From NCBI GenBank assembly GCA_903930515.1, contig CAIYYW010000310.1:1-43576 (forward strand): a DNA stretch of 43,576 nt, in the 5' to 3' direction. Shown one piece after another: positions 43,568 through 43,576 of this stretch; position 1 is the first letter of the stretch, and every line of letters starts with the position of its first letter. The DNA comes from an uncultured delta proteobacterium. GTDB taxonomy: Bacteria; RBG-13-61-14; DRUE01. The position numbers and the translations under genes are program-made. Under the pieces are notes generated by a model. That model worked only from the letters and a program-made list of their open reading frames with translations. It searched no databases and was not told the origin of the DNA.

Positions 43568-43576
43568 TCCCCGTCA

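Noticed and set aside
43432-43576. CRISPR array at the window end.
   Set aside because: The repeats are not identical 28-37-nt units with unique spacers of regular length. The copies differ in their stems, spacing is irregular (46 and 60 nt), and no cas genes are present.

Overview
GC-rich, very compact bacterial chromosomal segment, probably from an uncultivated diderm (lnt and an O-antigen-ligase-like gene are present). About 45 genes are packed with overlapping or near-zero intergenic spacing. Positions 66-26670 are almost entirely minus-strand. They hold a polysaccharide/envelope block (GT4, GT2, Wzx-like flippase, O-antigen-ligase-like TPR fusion, ABC-2 exporter). Upstream of it lies nusB and a riboflavin operon (ribH, ribBA, ribE, ribD) fused to nrdR and dCMP deaminase, interrupted by a B12-binding-type radical SAM gene. 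Next come a tRNA-Arg(CCG), lysS, prfB (canonical +1 frameshift), lnt, ybeY, a 7TM-HD gene, phoH, and a DUF4388/TPR-membrane pair. Coding orientation flips at about 26.7-26.9 kb. The plus-strand block holds a methyltransferase, rnhB, gltX, a small AT-rich accessory island (HNH nuclease plus hicBA), glnS and a desulforedoxin-like micro-protein. The right end (35.4-43.3 kb, minus strand) carries proS and the most unusual cluster: GNAT, two tandem paralogous secreted double-SRPBCC/START-like proteins, a PIG-L/LmbE deacetylase, a TIM-barrel sugar-phosphate isomerase-like gene and a WG-repeat protein. The best novelty candidates are the rSAM embedded in the rib operon and the deacetylase/double-START/GNAT cluster. 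Further candidates are the HNH-hicBA island, two polybasic/Cys-rich micro-ORFs, a family of GC-rich hairpins with compensatory stem changes, and an origin-like strand-switch region. No CRISPR array, transposase, integrase or rRNA was seen. All calls come from reading the sequence and translations by eye; no database search was run.
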